From the NCBI GenBank assembly GCA_000004985.1, contig GG738862.1: a stretch of 64,000 nt of DNA; one strand, written 5' to 3'. The position numbers and the translations under genes are program-made. The notes beneath the pieces were generated by a model that did no database searches, was not told the DNA's origin, and was given only the letters and a program-made list of their open reading frames with translations. Shown in pieces: positions 53,501 through 64,000 of the stretch. This DNA comes from Naegleria gruberi. Lineage: Eukaryota. The stretch's first letter is position 1. Every line of letters starts with the position of its first letter.

Positions 53501-55031
53501 GCAACCAAAACCCAGGGAAGGCGATTGGTAGCAGAACTAAACAGACATAACATGGCTCCACAAAGGCAAATGTAACCCAGTCATATGATGCTGATCCAAC
53601 GCCAATTCTAATCAAATTACAAATCAGAGCAATACAATATCCAAGGTAGGAAACTATGGTCAATACTGAAATCAAGTTATTGAGCTTGATTTTGAGAGGC
53701 ATCTTTTCCTGTTGATTTCTATAATCCTCATAAGTTTCTTCAATATAGTGACTCATTGGAGTTAAAGAAATCTTATAAAATCCCTTCTCCAATTCTTGAT
53801 GGGCTTCAAAACTAATATTATTATCCTTAAAATCTCTATCAATATTGGTTGAATAAACCAAGTCTCCCTTCACCAATAAAATGTGTGGCATCTTACTCCA
53901 GCACTTATCTCTAAAAACAAAAATCATCTTGTATGGAATCATGTTAATACCTTCAAATAAATTACCATCCTTGCTTTTCATGGAAAAGTTAAAATCATTC
54001 TTTTTCAAAATTGAAAACTTTTGTTTCAGTAAACTGATCACAACGCTATGTCTTCTGTAGTATGAAATGAGTGTCACACTCAAAAAGAAGATTAGTACAA
54101 AGAGTAAAATTGTTGCCTCAACAACTAATCTAATAGCTCCGTAATGATCCTCAAAAGGAATGCCGCCAAATTTCAATCCAGCTGCAATATATAACAGGAT
54201 ACAACACACAAATCCAAGAAGTACCAATAATCCTGCTCTAATAGGACTTTTCCTAATTAACACATCCACTAACGCCATAATAAATCCTTGTTTCGATCTA
54301 TTCTCAATTTTTTCAATAGTTTCCTCCAAAGAATCGAACAAATTTTGCTTGGCTTCACTCGTTGAAAGTCCATCCACTAATGAACTCTTAAAATTCGAAA
54401 GTGGTGAAATATTATCATGGACTTTAAAGTTCTTTTCCGAATGTTGAACAGAAGTTACAGATGACAAAATTTGAGGTGAAGTTACTTCCGAACTTTTTCT
54501 AGCATTATGAGACCCCTTTGCTGACAATGATGAAGTACTTCCAAAGCCTCTTGATGCTTTCACGCTTGAAGTTGGTAATTTCTTATTTGCTGTTGTTGAT
54601 AATGAATTTGTATTGTTTTGTAATGATGGATTAGAAGGATTATTGCTGGACATTGCTGTACTATTGTTAATATTTGTATTATTGCTAGTTTGATGTTGTG
54701 AATGTTGTGAATCGTGTTCACTTTCTTCGTTATTCGATGATTCTCTTGAAATATATTCCATAGAATTTGGAGAAGTAAGCCTTGTCTCTTCATGTTGTTG
54801 TTGTTGATGATGCTCTTCTTCTTCGTGATGATGATTCGACATGGTTTCATCTGTTGTTCCGGAAGGTAAATTTTCATCATATTCAGAATGATGTTCTTCC
54901 AAATGTTGTTGTTCCTCTTCGTGTTGTTGTTCCTCGCCTTCGGTTGTTGTTGGTGGCGAAACAGTCGCCACTGCTGCATCACCAGAATTCTCTTCTATTG
55001 AAATTTGTTCTTCTTGCAGAGGTGAAGACAT
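50571..55031 (-). CDS. P-type-ATPase-like polytopic membrane protein with degenerate catalytic motifs (non-canonical phosphorylation site), 1486 aa, single exon
   Basis: ATG at 55029-55031. The H/E/Q-rich N-terminus is followed by TM helices. LGTITALCFINRTGLLADL aligns with the P-type phosphorylation loop LGSTSTICSDKTGTLT, but DKTGT is replaced by INRTG (Asp lost). VVCCVGSSININNSRAFNQANISIAV aligns with the hinge [24 protein letters not shown] but is also degenerate. C-terminal multi-helix bundle. TAA stop. Confidence 0.65.
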   Translation of the reverse strand: MSSPLQEEQISIEENSGDAAVATVSPPTTTEGEEQQHEEEQQHLEEHHSEYDENLPSGTTDETMSNHHHEEEEHHQQQQHEETRLTSPNSMEYISRESSNNEESEHDSQHSQHQTSNNTNINNSTAMSSNNPSNPSLQNNTNSLSTTANKKLPTSSVKASRGFGSTSSLSAKGSHNARKSSEVTSPQILSSVTSVQHSEKNFKVHDNISPLSNFKSSLVDGLSTSEAKQNLFDSLEETIEKIENRSKQGFIMALVDVLIRKSPIRAGLLVLLGFVCCILLYIAAGLKFGGIPFEDHYGAIRLVVEATILLFVLIFFLSVTLISYYRRHSVVISLLKQKFSILKKNDFNFSMKSKDGNLFEGINMIPYKMIFVFRDKCWSKMPHILLVKGDLVYSTNIDRDFKDNNISFEAHQELEKGFYKISLTPMSHYIEETYEDYRNQQEKMPLKIKLNNLISVLTIVSYLGYCIALICNLIRIGVGSASYDWVTFAFVEPCYVCLVLLPIAFPGFWLLSLSFSNSKLLSLFETLNEPLHGESGDDHMKRVQVTESNRNTPMKVPFLSQVRNFFKVILTANASYYDNLTVLGTITALCFINRTGLLADLLYAPEKVLFMKGDDERHNNFTSAVDISEEQYTEQNSKYASTRDRRNSTPSQIVSCTNNYPEDLTDATEMELKDMEKIKVVVKTGMGDEVDEMVGGINVNDEVIPSEVTITVERPEDETINHHHHQHSQSHTHNKERHEHHTETHQASESSHAANPLDVSNMQIIEKAEETITLDVLFDRTASREVDVIRFTDPNWMVHTNSLKPLGLSLLITGSSPLPDFDRVEGMLDAKSHLWKKYAYLLGKEIGFSDSVLESFTFKKRLHTQCNNWEMSSIVVEYEEQEKQVHSFGDPDLVLEYCSDYYSGTDIKPLSKQFKENILETVKNWRERRDLYCLAISYTPIDPKYDNVLNSNKDDIINITRQEINHSKTELNGIISPASLSQHLLTPLEEFSEEDFDSEKFILHAEQMQRGQILLGVAAFRQQPKRDLAEFISDVQDNSGIRFIHFSPYNSQKTKAFGSKLGMEVDWNCCISLNDNEVELDVEDLKAKLPHGIENIKEHLKTVDDVPLLVSLFSDSTPVSSKQMIEVLQENHEVVCCVGSSININNSRAFNQANISIAVDPCTQQHLRPMEFDNHQEEVSDLQEDISPFLSYPCALHITSHQSETALSAFSMILHMIKEGRRLVHNIRQALIFLFGCSSSLFILQLLSVLMALPSTIFTGIQFLWLCMIAIPLISFSLLGTPMEPKIMDLISSKNEFRTGRYVGKALLTFLRFCLPVPACFVVYFWTIMCMDETVKIDNVGLIWGDQLSNEIRKSEKFYFVLAYAQTITMFILIYYYSFLSLGTMHRVYSIFTVKFFMNIMWWICVPLCLALQALFTFIHLIISRPEGVQAWPNYPFYAYIIILLAPFAFIVIDELIKIRIRSSFFRKQQKAKLMFDTKLGMYSPK

Positions 55032-55167
55032 TTTTTTGTTGATTTGAGTTCAAAAGTGTTTTGGAGGGAGAATTGCAATGATTGAGATTATTAAATAGTA
55101 GTATGGATATTATTCTTAATATTATTGTACGATTCAAAATGAAAACCCTTTCTTTATTGAATAGTAC

Positions 55168-57141
55168 TTAGCAATAATCTACTTTTTCCATGATTTGGGA
55201 AACTAGAGTTTCGCATTCATTCTCGTCACAGTCCAACTCATTTAATAGAGATTCCTTGACTTGTTCCAGTGTAATATTTCCATTCTTAATGAGATTGGCT
55301 ACATATTTGATAGTTTGAGGTTTCCAGAATTTCTTCAACTTGTCACTTCCCAAAAAGTTAGCTAATTTATAAAGCTCAAACATATCAGCATCTTGAATTG
55401 TTAAATTTTCCACCATGAAATCTTCACATTTTTTGAAAAGTGCATTATAGTCCAATTTTTGGGATTGTATTGATAGTTCAATACATATCGAAGGGGTAAT
55501 ATTTGCATTTTCACTGTAAGTGTAATTGATTAGTTGTTTCAAAATTTCCATGTTTGGACAATTAAGTTCCAATGTTGCAATTCCATTTTTTTCCTCTTCT
55601 TCTCTGAATTGAATTCCCTCAGAGAATCCACAAGACGTAATGATATCGAAATAGGCGCTACGCTTTGTAACAAACTTTTTGTGACAAAGTATGACATCTC
55701 TTTCTTGTTCGGAAACTTCTTCATCTTCAATAGATTCAGCTAACTTGATTTTCATGTCACAACCCTTTCTTCTTAAAATATCTAACAGATTGGTTGGCTG
55801 CTTGCTTTCCAAACAAAATCCTAGAGGTGATAGGTCTTTTTGAAGTTCCTTTTTTCTAGCATCTTGAAAATTGTCCAAATTAGCTTTAACCTTGAATTTT
55901 CTGGCAATGAAATCAGCTTGAACTCCAATTTCCACGAATAGAATCTTTGCAAGATTTGTTAATTTCAATGAATAGGCAGCATCCATCAATTCCTGCATGA
56001 ATTGAACTGAAGCGTCCCTAATAATGATTTTTTCCAATGGAATGAATATGCTTTTAACTCTAGGATCAATAATTCTACCTGTGTAAATGTAGGCGAGGAT
56101 AACTTCAAATGGTTTTCTACTGAAAGGTGCATCTCCCAAATTTAAATCAGATAATCTCTCATAAACTTGGTCTATCTGTTCCTCGTTAAGAGTTGGTAAC
56201 TGATAGGGCAGAAATTTTTCTTTGACATACTTTTTGGCAACAAGAACAGAAGATCTGATGCTTTCCAATGTTGGCCTTTGTAAAACTGAGAATGCAGGAA
56301 AAACCTCTCTCTGATATTCACGTGGATCTAAATCATAAGCAAGCATTGTTTTTAAATCCAATGCAGACAAAACAGAGTTTTGGATTGGATGTTCAGATGA
56401 TTCGTTCAATGCAAAATCAATAATTTCTGGCCATCTGGAAATTAAAATCCATTTGTGAAGTCTGTAAGTAGCTGGTAATTGTTCACCAGAAAATTTGATT
56501 GTCAAAGTCATATCAGGTCCATCCATGTTCTCTTCTTCATTTGAGAATATAGCTCTCTTCACAAATGACAATAGTAAGTTCACTAAATTATCATCTTCAA
56601 TCACACCAGACTCATCCTCTTTAGCTTTCTTTTGTGTAGAAAATGAGTAATTATGATAACTCTTCAACAACCATCTCATTTCTTGACTCAATGAATTGAG
56701 ATAACAACGAGAAAACTTGTCATCCCTAGCACCAAGATCTAAATTCCTATCAGCAATTGAAATTCATCAAAAACTCAACTTACCCAATAAACGTTTGGCT
56801 ACATGAACATGTCCAGCCAAACAACTATAATACAGCATTGTATTTCCATGCCTATCAATATCAGTAATTGTAGCTTGCTTTGTTTTGAGCATTTTCTCCA
56901 CTCGAGGCCAATTTCCCTGCTTGGCTAAACTAAAACCTTCATGATCGCAAAAATCAAAAGGATCAAATCCCTTCTTTGGAGTCAGAGGAGATTTCTCTGA
57001 AAAGTTGTGAGCCAAAATCTTGGAAAAGTCATCTCCGTGATTGTGTGCACTATTTGGTGATGATAATTCACTACTGAATTGGCTAGTATTTGCTGCTGTT
57101 GTGGTTGTTGTGGAATTGTTTTTCTGTTGTGCTTGTCCCAT
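55168..57141 (-). CDS. ankyrin-repeat and tandem BTB/POZ domain protein (ABTB/BPOZ-like), 2 exons (~642 aa), N-myristoylation motif
   Basis: Exon 1 ~56784-57141 (MGQAQQK..., ankyrin unit DIDRHGNTMLYYSCLAGHVHVAKRLLG). 45-nt intron (GTAAGTTGAG...GAATTTAG). Exon 2 55168-56738. Two BTB cores (MTLTIKFSGEQLPATYRLHKWILISRWPEI and RDVILCHKKFVTKRSAYFDIITSCGFSEG). Confidence 0.7.
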
Positions 57142-57554
57142 TGTTGATAAAGTGTAGTATTGGTGATGAAGGAAAAAAGAATCCGTGATGATGATGAATA
57201 TTCCTTCTTGTTTGTTCTTTTTTTAAATCTTTTTTTATGAACATTTTAAATGTTCATGTTCATCCATTGTAATCTTCCTTTTAATATATGTAGTTTTCAA
57301 GATGTAACAGTGTGTTCCTTCATCAACTTGATTTATCTTATTACTTCATCATGATTAATTTTGTTCCGAAATTCTAATTTTCCAATTAGTTGAATCACCA
57401 CCAATATTGTCCTTAAATTAATAATAAGCATCATCACAACAAAATATCTTTGAAAAAATCAATTATCCTTCTTCATCTCAAGCCCATCTTTGGTAATTTT
57501 TTTCATAAGAAACTTTAAACAATTTTAAATATTTATTTAAAATTACAAAAAAAA

Positions 57555-58074
57555 ATGTTCCAACGTTCTTCAACCGCCATTTTGTTACTCCTCATTGCTT
57601 GTTTGATGATGATCGGTTTCACCTCTGCTGTTATTCCTGGAGGCTTCTCTCACAATAAGAAACCATCAGCCAAGAGAATTGCCAAATTTACAAGTTTCCT
57701 CTCCAGTAAACTTGCCGCTAAATATCCAACCATCACTCAAATCATTGATATCCAACAACAAGTAAGTTTTTGAGGAAGAGAACATTGGATTCTAATATAT
57801 GTTCTTGATTTCTTGTTTGAATAATTTTTGAATTATTTGGGTCATGATGAAACTTTTGAAAATATTTTGATATTTTCTCTTCTTTTAATTGAAAATTTAA
57901 TTATTGAAAATTTAATATTAGGTTGTTGCAGGAGTCATGTATAAAGTTACTGCTTTGGCAATAGATAGTAATGGACAAGAAAAGACAATCAAGGCTACTA
58001 TTTTCGAACCATTGCCACATGCCATTCAAGCTGGTCAATCCAAACTCCAATTGAAAGATGTTAAGGAATTGTAA
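57555..58074 (+). CDS. secreted cystatin-family cysteine-protease inhibitor, 2 exons
   Basis: Exon 1 57555-57761 (signal peptide MFQRSSTAILLLLIACLMMIGFTSA...IDIQQQ). A 160-nt intron (GTAAGTTTTT...AATATTAG). Exon 2 ~57922-58074, starting with the QVVAG cystatin motif (VVAGVMYKVTALAIDSNGQEKTIKATIFEPLP...KEL). Confidence 0.7.
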
Positions 58075-58422
58075 ATTTATTGTAAATAATCTTGTAAAAA
58101 AAAACATAGTTTTACAAAATAATTGTGACATTTTTGTAAATGGAACTTATTAGTCGTTTACAATGATAAGTGTTGGGACTCCTCTCGAGCCATTCGCGTT
58201 ATCAACTCATTCTAGATATTGTCAATTTAGTTTCTAATGAATAACATTATCTCAACTTCGCGTTTTATTTAGAAACTAAAGTGGAACAGTACTAGCCATT
58301 TCTAACACCAATGAATTGTGGCAGACTTCATTAGGACCTCCTACTCAACCCTCACTTTCGAATAGATAGCCTCAATTTGTTATTATCTCTGCAGATTGAT
58401 TTCCAAAATCAAATCAAAAGAA

Positions 58423-58959
58423 ATGGCCAAACAATCTCGATCTAATTCCAATTCAACTGATCACTATCCACTCTATCCAACAAATTCGACTACAAGTAGT
58501 GGACAACAAATGATCATGTTTTCTACAACTCCTGACTACAAAAACGAAGCACACTATTATGAGACGAAACTTGGTAGTGGTGCTTTAATTTGTGACACTG
58601 AATTGTCACCAGTTTGTAGTTGTAATGAATCAGTTTCCAGTTATTTATCATGTGACGATCAATATCATAAACAACAGTCATTCTCAATTCGAACACTTGT
58701 GGTGACTGAACCTTATTGGAAACGAGTGGGAAAGGTACTCGATAATAACAAGAAGAATATCATGATGGGATGTATCATGTTTGTTCTGGTGTCTCTATTC
58801 ATTGTCAGTACTGTTTACTTTGTAAAGAGTTTGCTGATGAATAATATTGTAATATTAACGATTTGTGCTATTATGAGTTTGTTGGCAGCTTTGATTATTT
58901 CAGTTCTTGGAATCATTTGGTTGACCAAACATAGTAGATTCAAAACCACCGCCATGTAG
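58423..58959 (+). CDS. hypothetical small membrane protein (~178 aa)
   Basis: The track start is TTG; the first ATG is at ~58423 (MAKQSRSNSNST). Two C-terminal TM helices (IMMGCIMFVLVSLFIVSTVYFV; IVILTICAIMSLLAALIISVLGIIWL). Confidence 0.35.
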   Translation: MAKQSRSNSNSTDHYPLYPTNSTTSSGQQMIMFSTTPDYKNEAHYYETKLGSGALICDTELSPVCSCNESVSSYLSCDDQYHKQQSFSIRTLVVTEPYWKRVGKVLDNNKKNIMMGCIMFVLVSLFIVSTVYFVKSLLMNNIVILTICAIMSLLAALIISVLGIIWLTKHSRFKTTAM

Positions 58960-59208
58960 GGTATTTGTTAAGATATTGTAAATAGTAATGTAAATATTAA
59001 TATTAATGATGATTAGCACACGATCTCTTGTAAATTAAACTAGTTTCTAAAGTAAAAGAATAAATCTTCTTTATCTAAATTTGGAGCATCCTCACCCTCC
59101 TTCCAACAGCAAGAAATCAGTGATGAGGTTGGATAAATTTATAATGGATGAAGTTTAAATTAAATAATTCATAAAGAGATTGACTCGGAATTACTTTAAT
59201 TGTCAGAT

Positions 59209-61148
59209 TTATTTGAGGATAACCTTACTCTTATGAGAAGTATATAGCTCTACCAGAGGTTGTCTTTCAATAGTATTGGCATGAATAGATCCATCCTTAG
59301 CATCCTGTAAGTGAATTTCTTCCAATTTTGGAAAATCTGCATTCAACAGGAATTTCACACCTTCCAAACCTATTAAATTCTGATTCAAAAGGAAAACTCG
59401 AACGTTTGTCAGTGATCCATTACATAATATTTCACATCCTGCATCCCTAATGTCATTTCCAACAAGATCCAAGTATTCCAATTTTGAAAGTGCATTCAGA
59501 TAGAGACAACCAGAGCTGCCAACATTATTTCTCGAAATGGTTAAGTGCTGAAGTTGAGGAAGGAGTGAAATACATCTACAACCTTTGGAACCCAAATTAT
59601 TATTTGAAACTGAGAGGAGGTTGAGGAATGGAAGACTGGAAATGTTTAGGCAACCTTCGTCTCCAATATTGTTGTTATCGACATAGAGTTTAGTTAACTT
59701 TCCAATGCCATTGGCAGTCAATTCTGCAAATCCACTTGATCCTATTTGACAATCTCTCAAATATAAATCTTGTAATGAGAGGAATTGAGCTTTTGCCAAA
59801 TTTTTACATCCTTCATCTGAAATTGGATTATTCGAAATGTTAAGATAAACCAAAGAGGAAACATCTGCATTTCCAATAAATGCACAATCAGATGGTCTAA
59901 CCTCACAAGATTCCAAACTGAGCCACGTTAAATTTGGCATGTTTCCATTGAAAATAAATTGAATACCAGATCCAATAAGCATATTCTTTGAGAGATTCAA
60001 TTGGACCAAATTCTTCAAGTTTCCATTTCCCAAATATTGACAAGCATCAAAATCTAATGCACAACATGACAAGTTCAAGTGAGTTAGAGTTAATAATCCT
60101 CCATTCGAAAGATATTGACATCCCTTTGAATATATTCTATTACCACTCAAATTCAATTGAATCAAATGATTTAGATTACCGTTGGCTAAATATTTACATC
60201 CATTCGATTTGATTCCATTATTATTTGTTTCATTAAGACTTTCAAGACTCACATCTAAACTTGTCAAGCATTTCAATTTACCATTCGCTAAGTATTTACA
60301 TCCCTTTGATCCAATGGAACGATGAGAAGAAACCATTTCTAAACTTGTCAAACCTGTCAAGGAAGTTACTGCACTACTTGTTAAATATTCACATAAATGA
60401 CCAAATGAATAACCTTCAAATGAATCTGCCTCCATCTCATTTGCAAAACTCTCTGTCATGGTCAATTTAGTCAAATTAGGCATGGAATCGAATAAATTCT
60501 TCAAAACTTTTGCCCTTTTCTTTTTTGGAGAAGAAGGAGTTGAAGGCGAAACTTTCTGAAATATTTTCTTCAACTTTCCAAATCCAGAAACCTTCCTCTC
60601 ATTCAAACCAGTGCTAATACTTGGTAAATCCTTATTTGGAATTGAAGGATTAGTAAAAGTTGACCCCAAACTACTCGAACTTGAATTATCATCAAAATTT
60701 GGTGAATTTGGAGTTAAATATCCACCACTTCCACTGACTGTTTCTCTTCTAGATGTCGAAATTGGAGTCGATGGCGATACACTCACTGATAAATCAAGTG
60801 AAACTCTATCTTGCTTTTTGATGTGAAATATTGGCAGTTCACTATAAATCGAATTACTGCAAACTAATTGTTGTAATAAATATTGAACGTGTGAAAATTC
60901 AATGGCATGGACATTAAATGCACCCTTTTCACAATTATTAATAAATTCAAAACATTTCAGAGGATCCTTCATGTCAATATTTATAATTCTTGGTAATGTG
61001 AAATTTAAAGAATTATTTTGATTGTTGACAGTCGAAGAAGTAATGGTACCGAACATTTTGGAGTGTCGATGGTTGGTGTAGGGAAGGTATTGTTCATCGG
61101 CTTCGTTTCTATTAAGTTTGGAGCCAAAGAACATGACAGATTTTCTCA
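59209..61148 (-). CDS. leucine-rich-repeat protein of ribonuclease-inhibitor (RNI/NLR-type) class (~646 aa)
   Basis: The track start 61233 is GTG; the first ATG is at ~61146-61148 (MRKSVMFFGS). The N-terminal ~300 aa is S/T-rich. About 14 RNI-type 24-28 aa LRRs follow (LxxLxLsxNxIGdeGcxxL: LTHLNLSCCALDFDACQYLGNGNL, LVYLNISNNPISDEGCKNLAKAQF, LNLLSVSNNNLGSKGCRCISLLPQ). Confidence 0.7.
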
Positions 61149-61451
61149 TTTTTTTATTAATTGTTTTATTGTAATGACAGGTGGCGTTTCTTGATGAGTT
61201 TGATTGCAAAAGGCAAGGAAAATTGACAATCACTGGATTGGTATGATATTAGTTCTTCACTAAGCAATTTTGGGCAACAAATATGAAAGAATCGTATGGA
61301 GTTTAGTTTCATTTCTTTGTCTCACTTCATGTCAAGTGGCGTTTGACATCTCCTTTCCACCATTAATTAATGATAATTTTTATTTTCTTTTGCTGTGGTC
61401 ATTTTTTAAATAAATTTTTTGAATTTACAAGAATTACAAGAATGAAAGAAA

Positions 61452-64000
61452 ATGATTTCTCAAAATTTTCAACAATTTACATATAAATTCAATTTAAGAT
61501 GCAATGTACTCAAATATAGTTCCACTGTACTAAACAAATCAATTCACGGTACCACTTTTGAAAAAATCCCCAAATGGTTTTATACGAAAGATTGGACGAT
61601 TCTCTCAAGCAAAAAAAATACAACAACAAACGCAATGATCACAGATGTTGTCTCACCCACCGTGACCATTCACAACAACGACAACAATAACGACGACACA
61701 AAGGATGACTCTAACAAACAGTCGACGAAACCTAATGTTGTTTCGGATAGCACAATCACTCCAAACGAAACTAGCAAAAAAACAGGATTGACTGCATCCT
61801 CTACCGTAACAACTCTTGACGACATGGAAACGAAAGTAATTCTAACAAATTTAAAGAATGCTTCGAATGTAAATTATGTAGAAACTCAAAATTGGAAGAA
61901 AGGTCTAAAAGGAATTAGACGAAAGAAATATACTTGGACATTTCTAACAGTTTGTGGATTTGTTGGTGGAGTGATTATTTATACGCATGATTTGATTGTC
62001 AAATACATGTTTCAGGGAAGGTTGACTTTGATAAATGCATTCGATTCGAATAGTTATTTCGGATTACGTTTAGTTTTGTGGATTTTGTTTAATTTGGTGT
62101 TTATGTATGTGAGTTTAATGATGACGATTTTCATTGCGCCTGCTTCGGAGGGATCTGGTATTCCAGCTATTAAAGGTAAGTGTTTTCAACTGAAATTAGT
62201 TTTATTCGAATGTGTGACATCTTTCGAATAATTATTTAGCTATTTTAAATGGTACTCCTTTAGAAGATCCTCTCAGTTTCAAAACATTTCTTGTAAAAAT
62301 TATTACACTTCCAGCGGTTTTGGGAACTGGAATGTTTTTTGGTAAAGGTAAGTTTGCAAAATGTCAAATAATTTTTATTCGAATCTCAAAGTTGGACCTT
62401 CGGCTCATATTGGCGCTCTCCTAATCAACAACATGCTCAAAATTCCAATATTTAAACCTATTGGTAGCATTAAATCTTTAAAAAATCAAATGATTGCTTG
62501 TGGTTGTGTAAGTTTACAATAATTTCAATATTAATAATTTTAAAAAATAGGCACTTGGAGTCGGCTCAAATTTTTCTACTCCTGGAGGAGGAGTCCTATT
62601 CGCTCTAGAAGTCATTGGAAGTTACTACAGTTTGAGAGGTTATCTGAAAAGTTTCTATGTGGCAGTGGTTGCTGCATTCACTTCTCGTCTCTTCAATGCT
62701 ACAGTCAACTTGAGTTTAAATTTGGCATTGAATTGGAATTTCAAATTGACTTATCCTTCATTCTCTATTCCTGAACTGATAGCTTTTGCAATTTTGGGTT
62801 TTGGAATGGGAGTTCTTGGAATTGTTTACGTTTATTTGAATGAGAAAATGTATCGATTGAGAGATCGATTTGGAGGACATTACTTGTTTTTCAAACCAGA
62901 GCGATTGAAAAAGTACAAATTCATGATGATTTTTGAGAATCGTGTGATTTGGACAGTGTTTATTTGTATTGCAACAAGTTTATTGACATTCCCTGATTTG
63001 ATTGGCAAGTACATGTCATTGACAGTTGGTGCAACTCTTGAAGATTTAGTTTCTCCTAATCCTCTCACATCAGCCAATGGATGGATCACTAATTCACCGT
63101 ATGATATTTTCTCCTCTCTTGCCATTTTCATTGTGATTCGATTGATATTCACAATTTTTTCAATGAGTTTGCCACTTCCAGGAGGAACATACATTCCACT
63201 AGTTATTATTGGAGCTGGATGTGGAAGATTCTTTGGAGAAATAGTGGCAATTATATTTCCAAATGGATTTGTTGCTGGACAACCAATTTATGCAGGAGCT
63301 TATGCAGTTGTTGGTATTGTGGCATTGACAGCATCAGCCACACATGCATTTTCAACTGTTTTCATCTTCCTTGAAATTGTTGGTGTTGCTGTTTATCTTC
63401 CAAGTTTAATGGCTGCTTTGATAGCTGTCAGAATTTCAAGATTGTGCACAGCAAACTTTTATGATACCAGTATTAAGGTAAAGGGATGGCCAGCATTATT
63501 GGAGAGTATGACAGATTCAGAAGATTTGAAAGTTACCAATATTATGACATCTGTCGATAAACTAGACATTTTGGAAGAGAATGTTTCAATGAGAGATCTT
63601 GAACTCCTCTTACAAAAGAAGAAATTACCAAAGATTTTACCCGTTGTTTCAAGTAAGGACAATTTGGTTCTATTAGGACAAGTGCATCTGAAATCTTTGG
63701 AATTTCAATATAATCTAATGAAAGCTAGATTGAATAATTCAGGAAAGGAAATCACTCAAGCATCAAATTTTGCACCAATATCTGATGAAGGATATGGATC
63801 AGCAAATGATGGAAATGATTCTTCTGCAACTAATATGGCTGGGTATGCCAGTTTCGAATTGCAAGATCGTGATGAAACTGATATTATTCGAATTGAATAT
63901 GAAACATGTGATATTACAATTTCCGAGTCTCAATCAGCTCAGAGAGCTCACATGCTCTTTTCTCAATTGTGTTTGGATGAAGCATTTGTGGTTTGGAAAG
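61452..64000 (+). CDS. CLC-family chloride channel/transporter with C-terminal CBS domains, at least 4 exons, 3' end beyond window
   Basis: Exon 1 61452-62175 (...GSGIPAIKG, the GSGIP selectivity motif). Introns are 64, 44 and 43 nt (all GTAAGT...AG). Exon 2 ~62240-62347 (...LPAVLGTGMFFGK). Exon 3 ~62392-62507 (VGPSAHIGA..., the GK.GP motif). Exon 4 ~62551-64000+ (PGGGVLFALEVIG; PLPGGTYIPLVIIGAGCGRFFGE; FYDTSIKVKGWPALLE; CBS-like segments). Antisense ORFs 62880-63194 and 63459-63662 are spurious. Confidence 0.85.

Noticed and set aside
56739-56783. Alternative acceptor (GATAG at ~56746) for the ABTB-like gene intron
   Set aside because: Using it places an in-frame TAG at the exon start. The downstream TTTAG acceptor gives an open frame continuous with the BTB exon.
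58140-58400. Compositionally distinct (less AT-rich) stretch with TTCGCGTT direct repeats upstream of 58423 gene, considered as ncRNA
   Set aside because: No recognisable RNA family or stable structure is present. It ends in CTCTGCAG, which could equally be a 5' UTR or an upstream non-coding exon acceptor. Insufficient evidence.
1527-61233. Start codons given by the ORF track at 1527, 6575, 12360, 20267, 35389, 40438, 49559, 58396 and 61233
   Set aside because: These correspond to TTG or GTG (bacterial start table), not ATG. They are not credible eukaryotic initiation sites and were replaced by the first in-frame ATG, or explained as internal exon sequence.
62880-63662. Minus ORFs 62880-63194 and 63459-63662
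   Set aside because: They are antisense to exon 4 of the CLC channel gene, whose frame is continuous and motif-rich.

Overview
This is a 64 kb window of AT-rich (roughly two-thirds A+T by eye) nuclear DNA from a eukaryote, not a prokaryote. Genes are dense on both strands, many are long single-exon ORFs, and the introns are all short GT-AG introns of about 39-160 nt, with GTAAGT donors and AT-rich bodies. Predicted proteins carry poly-Q/N/H/T tracts, and TAA is the usual stop. These traits together fit a dictyostelid social amoeba (Amoebozoa) with about 30-35% GC. That assignment is an inference from the sequence alone.

The supplied ORF track uses bacterial start rules: many of its 'M' residues are TTG or GTG, so I moved starts to the first genuine ATG where needed. 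It also omits a 1.2 kb minus-strand ORF that runs off the left edge, and it reads through in-frame introns.

I can support about 35 protein-coding genes and one tRNA-Glu(UUC):
- a partial LRR-like protein, an ankyrin-repeat protein, and a Ser/Thr kinase gene that abuts, in frame across a single TGA, a type-I membrane protein with NHL repeats and an EGF-like array;
- a trypsin-like peptidase candidate, a 3-exon ABCB half-transporter, an F-box/LRR-like protein and a GT61-type glycosyltransferase;
- five coiled-coil proteins sharing a C-terminal domain, interleaved with two HSPA12-like atypical Hsp70 ATPases;
- two tandem 5-exon formate/nitrite transporter (FNT) genes, an SGNH/GDSL esterase and a multi-TM protein;
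- a 1149-aa Q/N-rich protein, a 3-exon divergent tubulin, a 3-exon VPS9-domain protein and a 1486-aa P-type-ATPase-like protein whose catalytic aspartate is replaced;
- an ankyrin+2xBTB protein, a cystatin, an RNI-type LRR protein and a multi-exon CLC chloride channel that runs off the right edge.

Two 50-N assembly gaps flank a ~3.6 kb near-identical second copy of the 14.2-18.3 kb segment. Several genes carry single frame disruptions, some at homopolymers. Exon boundaries that I derived by hand carry +/-1-2 nt uncertainty.
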